Source of the DNA: Eledone cirrhosa | Taxonomy: Eukaryota | Direction: 5' to 3' | DNA length: 64,000 nt | NCBI GenBank assembly: GCA_964016885.1 | Contig: OZ024740.1 | Location: forward strand, 311,426,001 to 311,490,000 | Shown: piece by piece, positions 1 to 11,300 of the stretch | Layout: each line of letters opens with the position of its first letter | How positions within the stretch are numbered: position 1 is the first letter of the stretch | Program-made: the position numbers and the translations under genes | The notes under the pieces: generated by a model | The model's database searches: none | What the model was told of the DNA's origin: nothing | What the model saw: only the letters and a program-made list of their open reading frames with translations

Positions 1-114
1 CGAATTTGAAATTGATTTTTCGTGTGCACTTCATGATTTAATAAAAATTCAATTTTGATTTAGATATAAATATATATATATATATATATATTCTCACATT
101 TTTAATGAGAGAGA

Positions 115-470
115 GACTTTATTCACAATTTTGTAAATAACATTACAAATATGTTTTAAATATGTACATAAATAACATTACAAATGCGTAAATAACATAA
201 TAAATTGCTCGCAATACGTTCAGAAGAACATTACAAATATAATATCGTTGATAAAGATAAATATAAACGCATAAAAGAGAAGAAAAAAAAGTGGAGGGGA
301 GGGGCAAAAACAAAAACGACCAACAATCGGTTGCACGTCACATCATAAGAGTTAACTAAACATTTTGAAGCAAGCCAATATGCTCGCAGCATTGCCACGG
401 GTAATGGCGAGGCTAAGGCGCTGAAACAACCAGGCACCATCACGGGCATCTCAGTAAGAAACGAAACATC
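115..470. repeat. Dispersed interspersed repeat, unclassified
   Basis: Segment aaattgctcgcaa..cgttcagaagaac...ggcgaggctaa..cg.tgaaacaaccaggcacc recurs directly at ~27490-27790 and partly, inverted, at ~20285-20520. Confidence 0.75.
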
Positions 471-887
471 TCAGTAAGAAACGAAAATCCATCTTTGTTT
501 GTTGTTGTGTTTTGTTTTGTTTTTTGGGTTTTTCCCCATAACCCAAATTTTAATTATAATTTGGTTTTACTATTTCATTCTATATGTATTTCTGGCACAT
601 GATATTTCAACAATTCAGCTTACCATGCCTTACTCAAATAGAGTAAGACATCGTTTGATATTTAATATAGGAAAGATTCCTTTTTACTTTGAACACTAGT
701 GAAGGATATTTAATATTGTAATGACCAGGCTCCACGATTTGTCTCTGAAGCGAATCCTTGCAAATTTAAAGTTCTTAGTGCAGTCTGTAATATTCTTTAA
801 GTACGTAAATAAATTCAATTTCACCAGAAATATTGCATAACTTGTCAATATCACTATTCCATGTACCATAAGTCATACTCTGGCGAA

Positions 888-922
<35 letters not shown>

Positions 923-1388
923 GAAGTATTTCCGTAGGAAAGGTAAAGGAAAAGAGAGTGTTCTATGTAGGCTCCAGAGCTTTTTAGTTATGTAATAAAC
1001 AACATAAGATAATTATTTCATTTACCAATGGTTTCTTAAAGACACGTATGTCTGTCTTCATTCATCAGAAAAAATATTTATTATGGAATAGTGATATGGA
1101 TTTGAAAACAGAGTTTAGGATAAATGAAAGTGAGGCTGAAATAAAATAACGGGCATAAATATATATTGCAAATTTCGGAAGTAATATTTCTTTGGCTGCC
1201 AATTTCAGACAGGTCTCAGAAAAAAATTGAGATAAGCAGCCAAAGAAATATTTGTAGTTAAATGACAGCATAGCTAGTGTAATAAATATCTGTATACCAT
1301 AACTCATTCTACAGATTCAATGCAATGCTCTCGCAACTTTGGATATTCTTTACCAAATTATACTACAATATATAGATAGATATATATA

Positions 1389-1432
<44 letters not shown>

Positions 1433-1584
1433 AAGAGTGCTCGTAGGGACATGTATAAACACACACACACGCACATTTGTGAATGTCTGTAATTATATGT
1501 GTGTGCGCGTGTGCCTATGTCCGTGTGTGTGTGTACATGCGTACATATGGGTGCATATATGTATGTGTGTATATACATATATGA

Positions 1585-1980
1585 CCCCTTAGCCTTTGTC
1601 AAGGCAGAATTCTAGGAGAAGGAAAACTCTGATATAACACCTGCAACTCTGATGGTATCCAATGATGTTGACTTGTTCTTCTTTTTGGTAAATATCATCT
1701 TGGTTAAGAGAGTGGGACTGGCTTTGTGCAGTGCCTTTGCTCACTATAAAAGCTTCACGGCACAGGCATTGCTTTATATATGGAGATCTCTCTGCACTTG
1801 TTGTCACATGGTACCATGGGCCCAGCACTATGTGTCAATAATTGTCACAAGTGTAGTGTTTGTACTAGAGTTTTCAAGTCGCTGGCTGGACTCAAAAGTC
1901 ACACTCGTTCAGCGCATCGGTAGGAGTTCTCCTACATGGATATAAAGTAGTGGCCGTACTCGAAAACGAGTTGGCAGCCA

Positions 1981-1983
<3 letters not shown>
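1585..1983 (+). mobile_element. Internally deleted RTE-type LINE (5'UTR-like part joined to 3' end)
   Basis: 5' part ctaggagaaggaaaactctg resembles RTE 5'UTRs; 3' part encodes a C2H2-like CSVCTRVFKSLAGLKSHTRSAHR*; ends in (TA)n. Confidence 0.55.
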
Positions 1984-2017
<34 letters not shown>

Positions 2018-2272
2018 TAGGCTTGGTTGTGTGCCTGCGTATGCGCGGGTATATGTATGTGTATGTGTGTATGTATATATATATATATAGGTGTGTGTAT
2101 ATAATGTGTATATATATATATGTGTGTGTGTGTATATATAGATGTATATATGTATATCTGTGGGTCCGTGTACGTGTACATGTGTGCGTATAATCTGTGT
2201 ATGCATGTACCTATATATGAGGGTGTGAATATATGCATGTGTACGTGTATGCGCACACGCGAGAGCGTACGC

Positions 2273-2347
<75 letters not shown>

Positions 2348-2360
2348 TGTGTGTGTGTGT

Positions 2361-2398
<38 letters not shown>

Positions 2399-2475
2399 AT
2401 GTCCGCATAGATAAGTGTGTGATCAGGAGCTCGGAATGTCTGTGTGCGAGCATACATGTATGTGTGTGTGTGTGT
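1984..2475. repeat. Compound (TA)n/(TG)n microsatellite, one of dozens in the window
   Basis: Directly visible dinucleotide runs; source of the HT/CV/YI low-complexity ORFs. Confidence 0.95.
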
Positions 2476-2954
2476 CGGGATGCGGGCAAGCTAGGGACAG
2501 GCAAGGCAGACCAGAACACCTTGCCCACGTAGAAGTAATTCTGGCGACAGAATTAAGGTGAGTGACAGCTCACGCCTGAATGGAAATGATCAGTGGGCAG
2601 TTTTGAATGGTCAGATATACGGATGACGTCTCGAACTCTTGACCAATCGACGGGCCGCACAAACAGCATGATGGCAGATGAAAGAAATTGAAAGGGTCGG
2701 TGTGCAACAGACAGAGGATTTGCTTCGAAGTTGCTAGACGTATCTGAGGAACTTGCGAATCCAGAGTCAGGTCCGATCCACAAATAGATCGCACCTCGAG
2801 CTGTTCGCTGGAGAAACAATTGTAATATGTTAATAAATTGTTTTGATGCACCACTGATTCGTCGTTTTCAATATTATAATACTCTGCTCCGAAGGTCCAT
2901 AGAGTGCTCCAGCGACGTACCCCCTATGGAGGCATCCAAGCAACCTTACCACAA

Positions 2955-2984
<30 letters not shown>

Positions 2985-2986
<2 letters not shown>

Positions 2987-3095
2987 CGTATTTTCCCGCC
3001 CGAAGACGCTTAGTTCTCGAGGACGCACCCTAATTTTGACAAACAAAAACTTGAAAAAAAAATAATAAACATTCTTTGGCCTCCAGGACGCATAG
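2985..3095 (+). mobile_element. Tc1/mariner-superfamily (Tc2/pogo-like) MITE end
   Basis: TA + ccgtattttcccgcccgaagacg terminus; inverted homologue at 41728-41837. Confidence 0.6.
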
Positions 3096-3122
3096 AATCT
3101 CTCTCTCTCTCTCTCTCTCTCT

Positions 3123-3185
<63 letters not shown>

Positions 3186-3187
<2 letters not shown>

Positions 3188-3299
3188 AAAAGAGTCAGGA
3201 CCTCGAAGGCTGAGCTCCGACGGTTTCGACAGCTAGATCCGAAGTATCGAGTACTCTGGTGTGTTATGGTCCACCTGGTTTCTTACCAAACTTTCTTTG

Positions 3300-3300
<1 letters not shown>
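3186..3300. mobile_element. PLE pLTR fragment with inverted 5' half
   Basis: 3190-3240 is the reverse complement of ~41850-41900; 3241-3272 matches ~41927-41957 directly; flanked by (TA)n. Confidence 0.6.
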
Positions 3301-3367
<67 letters not shown>

Positions 3368-3371
<4 letters not shown>

Positions 3372-3828
3372 AATCTGAGTTTTTCGAATATTAATAATAA
3401 TATTTGATTCGTTTGCAATTATGCAAACAGCCCCTTTTATAAGCGATGTCAGTAGAATGAGCCCCTGATCAGTGGATCTGCTGATATGCAGATCTGATGA
3501 CTGTTCAGCCAGTCTGCTGAAATGCAAATTAGGCGGATCAGTCTCTGTATATTTTAGAAGATATCATATATTTTCACTAGCTCTGAGAGTTGGCAGGTAA
3601 GCAGGAAACTGCACTGATGAAGAGTAATCACCCAGAAACATTAGTTCCGCAGTTCTGTTTATGCCAACACAAGAGCGAGAATGAGGGGCTCATTCTACTG
3701 ACATGACTTATAAAAGAGGCTGTTTGCACAATTGCAAACAAATCAAATACTATTATTAATATTCGAAAAACTCAGATTACATTTATTGTATTCAGCCATG
3801 TAGAGCGATAACTTTCCTTTTTAGTTAT
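3368..3828 (+). mobile_element. PLE pLTR with inverted partial copy (fold-back)
   Basis: ~100-bp inverted arms at 3368-3466 and 3685-3783 enclosing hammerhead cores; microsatellite or TA flanks. Confidence 0.7.
3607..3654 (+). ncRNA. Degenerate minimal type I hammerhead ribozyme motif
   Basis: aactgc-a-CTGATGA-agagtaatcaccca-GAAAC-atta-GTT-cc-gcagtt; stem I aactgc/gcagtt. Confidence 0.6.
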
Positions 3829-3830
3829 AT

Positions 3831-3868
3831 ATAACAATTGTTTCACCTTATGCGGATCTTCAGCTCGG
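3831..3868 (-). ncRNA. Hammerhead core, 3' strand of stem I lost
   Basis: Minus strand CTGAAGA-t-cc-gcataa-gg-t-GAAAC-aatt-GTT; palindromic stem III; lies ~170 nt after a PLE ORF stop. Confidence 0.6.
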
Positions 3869-4034
3869 AGTAGTCATGGTTATACGGAACAGGAAGAACA
3901 ACTGTATGAACGCGCATGCGCAGAAACGGTCACTTCACCCAAGCGATACAAAACCACGGGCGAAAGGTGTAAAGGAGATAACTGCGAATGTCCGGAAGTT
4001 TGAGTTGATTAGAAAATTAGAATGTTGTTGTTAT

Positions 4035-4500
4035 TCAATCCGGAGCTTTGTAGTTATGCAAGAGGTGTTTCCAGACATGTGGACAACGTGAGAAGATTTC
4101 ATATCTTGAATTCAGGCAATCGCTATTGCGTAATCTCCTTAGAATGTTTATCCTTTCTTCAATACACAGTCCACAAGACGGATTGCCCCTTGCGTATGGC
4201 TTGGACTTAGTGATGGCTTTCCATTGAATGGAGTAGTCTATACCTGAGTCCTTAAGGGACCATAAGTGGCTCGCGAATTTCGTGGATGCTCGTTTGTCCG
4301 GGTGCCTAAAGGTCGACTGATGGTTCAGGAAGCGTTCCTTAAATCGGCCCTCCGCCATACCCACATAGAATTTGACCTACTGTGGTTGATTTGGTCGGTT
4401 GGAAGTGACCACAGCTTCATAAACTACAGCGGGTGTGTTGCATTGTTGAAGGGGACAAGCTTCAGTCTTTCGGCAAGAGCACCCTGGTGGGGTGCCGCTC
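4035..4500 (-). pseudogene. PLE GIY-YIG endonuclease, 5'-truncated C-terminal fragment
   Basis: CSCRKTEACPL..C..PAVVYEAVV..(stop)..FYVGMAEGRFKERFLNH..LWSLK..CGLCIEE..LNSRYEIFSRCPH. Confidence 0.9.
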
Positions 4501-4506
4501 TGTTGC

Positions 4507-4539
<33 letters not shown>

Positions 4540-4563
4540 CCTAAATAATAATAATCAGCATAG

Positions 4564-4661
<98 letters not shown>

Positions 4662-5369
4662 TCAAAATAAAATACTAAAGCTATGCCGCTCACATTGTCG
4701 ATCGTAGTTTTGAACCTTAACTCGATTGTTTTCTTTACAAAGGATCGGTTTACACATCGTCGTTTGTTCGTTCTTTTTTACATGATTCTTTATAGGGTTC
4801 ATCCTTTTCGGTCGTGTTCTCCTTCACCTCCTCCTCCATCTCCTCTTCCTTCCCCTCCTCCACACTCATATCCCGCTCCTTCACTTTCTCCTTTTTCTTA
4901 GTGATTCCTCACTTCTGTCCGGCAGGATTTCAACTCAGAACGTAAAGGGCCGTAACTAAAAATCGTAAATCATTATTTCCGATACTTTAAAAATCCTGCC
5001 AAGTGACTGCAAAAATGTTGAAATTATGTTAATGAACATATCAAGGAAATTGTAAAACAAATAATAATTATATCTCAAGATTTCACTTGACGAAATCAAA
5101 AACAATTCTATTCTATTCATTTGTGTGGGGGGGGGGGGCTGTGTGTGTATGCCTGTGTATGCGTGTGTCTGTCTGTGTGGGTGTGTGTGTCCTTGCGTTT
5201 GTGTTTCTATTTCTTTAGAAATATATTGATTTCCACATTCGAAAAACATTATTGAAAATCTTTGAACTAGTAAGCAAGGAGATTTTTAAAAACAATATAC
5301 AGAATCTTAAAACTTACTTTTCAAAGCGTGATATTTTTTTTACTCATGATTATTGATTTCTTTTGCCAC

Positions 5370-5725
5370 GACACACAATAAGCTTTAGTGTGTTGTGTTT
5401 GGAACTCAGTCGGTTCCAGCAACGAGTGTTTTAGTTGTTCGATCGACACAACAGACTGATCGTGAAGTGAACATATAAATGGTTGAACATTACATAGACA
5501 CGTGTATCTTTAACGTAATTCTCAGGGAGATTCAGCGGGACACAGTGTGTGACAAGGCTGGCAATTTGAATAAAAATGGTATAACTCTTTTTTTATCTAG
5601 TTGAATAGACTGGAGCAACGTAAAATAAAGTGTTTTGTTCGAGGACAAAATGCACCACCAAGAATCGAACTAACAACCTTATGATCGGGAGCCGAACACT
5701 TTTACCATTAAGCCATGCGCCTTCA
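5370..5725 (-). mobile_element. tRNA-derived SINE with CORE-like middle (family A)
   Basis: Minus-strand head ggcgcatggcttaatggt...agttcgattc (A/B boxes); related copies at ~24160-24390, 31030-31275, 36280-36640, 49850, 62365. Confidence 0.8.
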
Positions 5726-6444
5726 CACGACGAACTTTTAGTGAGGATATATACGAACAAATTAATCAAGCCTAGTATATTGCTGATATTTACAAGGACG
5801 TAGAGAGTGAATGACCTTCTTAGGAATATGAAAGACGAACTTAAATATGAATGGATGCTCTAACGTACTGCTTTCTCAACAACTACTATGGATGGTTTAC
5901 AATATTTAATGCGATATGAGTTTAAACGTTACCGAAATCAACTTTGCTTTTCAAATCATCAGGTGTAGGTAGGTCCGATGATGCCGTCTTTATATATATA
6001 TATATATTCCACTCATAGGGAATTGTTCAACCCAACATTTACTCAAGGTGCCGCGCAGTGGACCTGAACCCAGAACAACATGGTTGCGGAGCGTACTCCT
6101 TAACTACGCAGCCATGCTTGCATTTAAGTTTACAAAAAACGCTGATAAATTTAAAAAATGAAGAAAGTGGGTGCCAATTTGAAAAATGAAAATGAAACAT
6201 GTTTAAGGTCAAGAAATGTTGGGGTATATTATTGGGTTTGCCAAACTACAAACATATTAAAAAGTAAGAGGTTGGCTTGGAAAAGAAGAGAATTCATTAA
6301 AGTCTGCGGAAAAACATGAGATTACAATAAAACTGGAGTGTTTTCTCTGTGCTTGTTAGTGTTGGGTGAGACATTGTATAAGTTTAGAGCGCATCGAGAA
6401 AAAGATTTATCTTCGAACGGTTACATATTTTCCATGGTTATTTA

Positions 6445-6630
6445 GATAATGGTTGTGATTTAGGCACAAGGCCAACAATTTTAGGGGAGGGGAAGTCGAT
6501 CGACCCTGTAAGAAAGAAAGGCAAAGCTAACCTCGGTAGAATTTGAACTCATTAAACCGTAAAGAACCGTGACTCTATACTACAAGGCATACTTTCCGAT
6601 GCTCTACCGAGTCTGCCAATCCACCGCCCT
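6445..6630 (-). mobile_element. tRNA-derived SINE (family B)
   Basis: Reverse complement of the ggcggtggattggcaga.tcggtagagc...gagttcaaat head seen at 35930. Confidence 0.8.
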
Positions 6631-7173
6631 GTGGTTATTTAGATATCTTCTGGTGAGAACCCAATTCGGTCTGAAAATCTATTAAAGATATTTATAACTC
6701 AATATATATCAAAATTAATTAGCTATATGAGCGCTAATAATACGCAAATTAGTATCTATTTCAGTATACTAGTGATAGGGTATATAAGCTCATATTTCGT
6801 ATTTCCATGTGGTTATTTAGATGAATATACATATCTTCCGATTATAACCCAATTAGGTTCAAAAATCTATTAAAGATATTTAAATTGTTTTTTTTTTTAA
6901 TTTACAGGAATATACGTATATTTGGCATGTTTACGTATCTGTATACGCAATGTGTAAATTTATATAAGCAGTTATGTAGTCTTGGTTATCCCTATATTGT
7001 ATATATAGCGATATGAAATTATATATAGGTCAAACTTTGCTTTTGTTAGTAATTGCTTCAAATACCCATCTCTACTTATAGAAAATGGCATACAGCGGGC
7101 TATAAAAATACCTATACAACAACTTAGGACAACCCTATGAAGAAGAAACCAAGAACTAGTCATACCATTTATA

Positions 7174-7758
7174 ATGACACACAACCCATGTCACCAGAAT
7201 ATCTTCAACACTGCCAAAGCAAACCTACCGATCATTGCTCAAAGTAATGAATTAAAAGGCTTAATCACAGATCGATCGTTGACTCTTAGTAAAAGACAGC
7301 CGAAAGATTTGAAGCAATTACTAACAAAAGCAAAGTTTGACCTTAACAACAAAGACCAATCATTCACTGTATCTAAATGCAATGATAGTCGATGTGGCAC
7401 ATGTCAATCCATACACGCCGGTCAATATATGAAAACAAAAACTAGAAAAATATTCCCAAATGCAAATATGAACTGCAAAAGCAGAAATCTAATTTACTGC
7501 ATTAAATGCCCGAATTGTGAAGAACTATATGTCGGTCAAACTGGAAATGCACTATCGGAACGTGCACGGGTACACCGACAGCAAATCAGAGACCCAAATG
7601 TCCGTCAGATACCCCTAAGTAACCATCTAGCAACATATGGTCAGGGAATATTTATAATATTCCCATTCTACAAATTACAAAGCCCAAGTGAAATCAAGAG
7701 AAAAATCAAAGAAAAGAATTATATTGATAAATTCAAACCCAAGCTAAATGAACAATAA
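7174..7758 (+). pseudogene. PLE C-terminal zinc-finger + GIY-YIG endonuclease fragment
   Basis: KCNDSRCGTC..NCKSRNLIYCIKCPNCEELYVGQTG..R...H..PKLN; frame continues upstream through a stop; RT absent. Confidence 0.9.
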
Positions 7759-8099
7759 TAATGGGCTATTAATCCTACTATGACTATGACTACGGCCACT
7801 AACAACAACAACAACAATAATAATAATAAAAGTGATGTTGATGGTGATGATTACTAGAAAATGCTATTTTCATCATTTCTAAAAATAGCAAAACAATTGA
7901 TGCTTTGGATAGGGTCAATTAGTAGTCGTTAGACATGCTCAACCCATCAGCTTTAGTAATCCAGTGAAACTACACACCGATTGGTCGAAATACAGTTTGC
8001 AAGATTTAGCATTCTGGAGCCACTTTTCACTGTATATAAGGCACAAAATGTTACCCATCTCATTACAGTTGAAAATTGCAAACTTGACTGTCACCACAT

Positions 8100-8145
8100 A
8101 ATATGAACCTGAAGATTGCAAAAGCATGAAAGTACTTGTTCAATT
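8100..8145 (+). ncRNA. Minimal type I hammerhead ribozyme motif, near intact
   Basis: tgaac-CTGAAGA-t-tgc-aaaa-gca-t-GAAA-gtac-TT-gttca; stem I tgaac/gttca, stem II tgc/gca, palindromic AAGTACTT stem III. Confidence 0.75.
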
Positions 8146-8318
8146 AACACTTAACATTTAATATTCTACCATACTATTTCATTCTAATACCATTATAAAT
8201 GTTAAAGGATTGTAAATAAAATGAGTAAATCAGACAAAGTTGGAATTCCTTTTATTAATATAATCTTCTATACACAATCATACACACCCGTGTATATATA
8301 TATATATATATATATACA

Positions 8319-11300
8319 CTAGCAGAAGTACCCGGCGTTTCCCGGGTGTAAGTCGACCTTTGCTCTGTTGTTAAAACTTGTGAAAGTTACTTCCCGCGCA
8401 TCACAGGTGCAAAAAGCTTCGAACCTCAAGAAAAAAAACAGAGGTTAGTAGACGCAGGTGTGTAATTGACCATAAATAATGGATCAATTGTAGGTTCACA
8501 GTGTATCGTTGAAATTGTTCTTTGCACGACTGACGGAAGTCAAATTCACTTGAAATTGAATTTTCAGTTGATTTTTAAAGCAGGGTGAAAAAGTCGATTT
8601 TTTCACAGTTTTTTTTTTTACAAATTTCGCGCTGTGCAGAAATAAAAGGGACTTTATCTGAACCGCGGCATAATGGCGAGTCTTTTGCGACAGTTTTCAA
8701 GAAAATCGGACGTTCCTGTAAAAAATTTTCCCATGTGCAACTTTGCCTTGTTTTTTGCGCAAAGTCGAACCCCCGCTTCAGATTTATTGATTTTTTACAT
8801 GAATGCGTGACTCTGAAGTAGATTTGAGTAGCTAAAAACCTGTCCCGGTAAATTTGCTATAGGTGAAAAAAAGTTGATCAAAATTGTGTCTATGGTTATT
8901 GCCCTTTGCAACAGCCTCAACGTGTCTTCAAGTATGGTTTGTTAATTTGTTGTGGAACTAAATCAACTTTCGTCAAATCGGACCGAGGAAACAATGTTTC
9001 CATTTGTCTTTCTAGCTGGTGTACTCGGTTACACTCGAGGGTATAAGGCGCTGGATTTAAACGGGTTTGCGCTAAATTCCAGCAGGATGCTTTAACCGAA
9101 ATAAATGAAGAACAAACGTTTCTTTTTGTGCTCCAATCTGTGATATTGGTATTTTGAAAAAATAGTCCACAACCATCCATAGAGCATGTGTAACGCATGT
9201 ATCAGGTTATGAGAAAAAGGGTTTTCGATTCTCCATTCATAAGATACCAAAAAATTGCACGCAAATAAACCGGGATTTTAAGGCACTGCCAATTCATAGC
9301 TGAAAGGTAAGAATTAAGTGGAATAATGTTTTGCGACATTGTCAAATGTACAGCCGTACAAAAGAAAAGAATATAGTAATTAAAATCTAGGTAGACCAAA
9401 GAATTTGGCGGGGTTGTATATCAGAGGATTGTTTTCCTTGTGATTCGCGTCTAGCCTACAAAGTGAAGTTAGATGATTGTAGTCGATGTTGTACCAATAA
9501 AAAATAAAAGCATACGGAAGACTGAACACTTACGAATTAAGTGAAAATCACGTTGATATTCCTATTGGAGCAACATGTGCGAAAAACCTAACGGACTGTT
9601 GTGTCAATATTGTAATCGTAGAAATTGCGAATCCCGACCTCTAAGATGTAATGGATAGGCCTTGGAGGTGAAGAGGGAGAATTGGTACAATTGTTTTGCT
9701 GAACATGTTGACCATTAATTTAAATAGACTTACGCAGCATCATCGTGCGGTTTTGTTGTTTATGTCCTAGAATGAGGGCCGGTTAAACGCGGCAGAAAAA
9801 TAAGCCATGGTGATGATGTTTAGGGGCGTCGCAGGGAATAGATGCGACGTTGTGAGTCAATTGTGAGGACAGTGGAAGGCACGCTGATCGCTTGAGAAGA
9901 CGCGATGCTACACAGGATGCTTCTCGGCCATAATTGACAGAAAGGCATGTCAGGAGAAATGAAAGAGTTGCTATTCATCCTTTGCTTAGCATGATGAACA
10001 TGTAATTAAAAAGATGTACCATGGACTATCGTACACGTTAGTATTGTGTTTAGCCTGCGAAAATCGGTGGTCAAATGGGGCAACAATAAGCCATGCTGAT
10101 AACGTTTAAGCGAGTGGCAAGGAATTGATGCAGCATAGATAGCCATGGGAGTCTTGAAGGAGCACGGCGGTCAGGCAAAAGAAAGGGCCGAGGAGGGGAT
10201 GGTGGCTGACAGTGCATGGATGCGGCATCCTGAGGCATGACGGTGCAGTGGGACGACAGCCAGCAGGCAAGGAAGAGGGCAGGGGTGGACGGTGGCATGG
10301 ATGCCGCATGGTGAGCCATGGCAGTCTTGAAGGAGCACTGCGGGCAGGCAAAAGAAAGGGCCGAGGAGGGGATGGCGGCTGACAGAGCATTTATGCGGCA
10401 TGGTGATGCATGACGATGCAGTGGGACGACGGCATGCAGGGAACGGAGAGGGCAGGGGTTGACGGTGGCAGGGATGCGATTTGGTCCCTCAAGACTGCCA
10501 TGCCTAGGCAGTGGAAAGGGTCGTGGAGTGGATGGCGGTTGATAGGGCAGGGATGCAACATGATGAGGCATGACGAAAGGGCAGGGTGCAGGGTGGATGC
10601 GGCATGCCAATTGAGTTGCACCTCGGGAATGTAGAGAGCACCGGGAGGCACGATGATTGTTTGAGAAAACCGGGTGCAAGGCAGGATGTTTATCGGCCAT
10701 ACATGATCGGTAGGCTTTGGAGGAGAAAGGGATGAATTTTTGTTTAATTTTGTTAAATATGCTCAAAATGAATGTAAAAAGACTTACACAGGATCGTCTT
10801 CATGTTCGGTGTTGTCTTTGGTCTGAGATAATGGGCGGTTATGTGCGGCGCAGGAATAAACCATGCTGATGATATTTGAGCAAGTTGCTGACAGGGCAGG
10901 AATGCTGCATGGTGAGCCATGGCAGTCGTGAGGGACCAAGGCGTGCGGGCAAGGGAGAGGGCAGGGGTTGACGGTGGCAGGGTGCGGCTTGGTTAGGCAT
11001 GGCAGTCTTGAAGGAGCACGGCGGGCAGGAAAAATAAAGGGCTGAGGAGGGGATGGCGGCTGACAGATCGTGGATGCGGCATGGTGAGGCATAACGATGC
11101 AGTGGGTCGACGGCGTGCAGCGAACGGAGATGGCCGGGATTGACGGTTGCAGGGATTCCGCATGGTGAGCCATGGCACTCGTGAAGGACCAAGGCGTGCG
11201 GGTAAGGGAGAGGGCAGGGGAGGCATGGCGGCTTACAGAGCATGGATGCGGCATGGTGAGGCATGACGATGCAGTGGGACGACGGCGTGCAGGGAAGGGA

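Larger units (their letters stand above)
7025..8200 (+). mobile_element. 5'-truncated PLE with short 5' inversion and 3' pLTR
   Basis: GIY-YIG ORF; 7027-7063 is an inverted copy of ~7308-7343; hammerhead at 8100-8145. Confidence 0.85.

Noticed and set aside
1363-2532. Long HT/CV/YI-rich ORFs, and similar ones across the window
   Set aside because: Translations of (CA)n/(TA)n/(GA)n microsatellites
4750-4900. Short acidic minus-strand frame (MSVEEGKEEEMEEEVKE...)
   Set aside because: About 39 aa from a purine-rich low-complexity tract; upstream in-frame stop and no clear splice acceptor
5880-5990. Minus-strand CTGATGA..GAAA in a pLTR-like fragment
   Set aside because: No stem II and only weak stem I; too degenerate to call
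7138-7140. In-frame TGA upstream of the PLE ORF as possible selenocysteine
   Set aside because: Not at a conserved Cys position and no SECIS seen; ordinary decay is more likely
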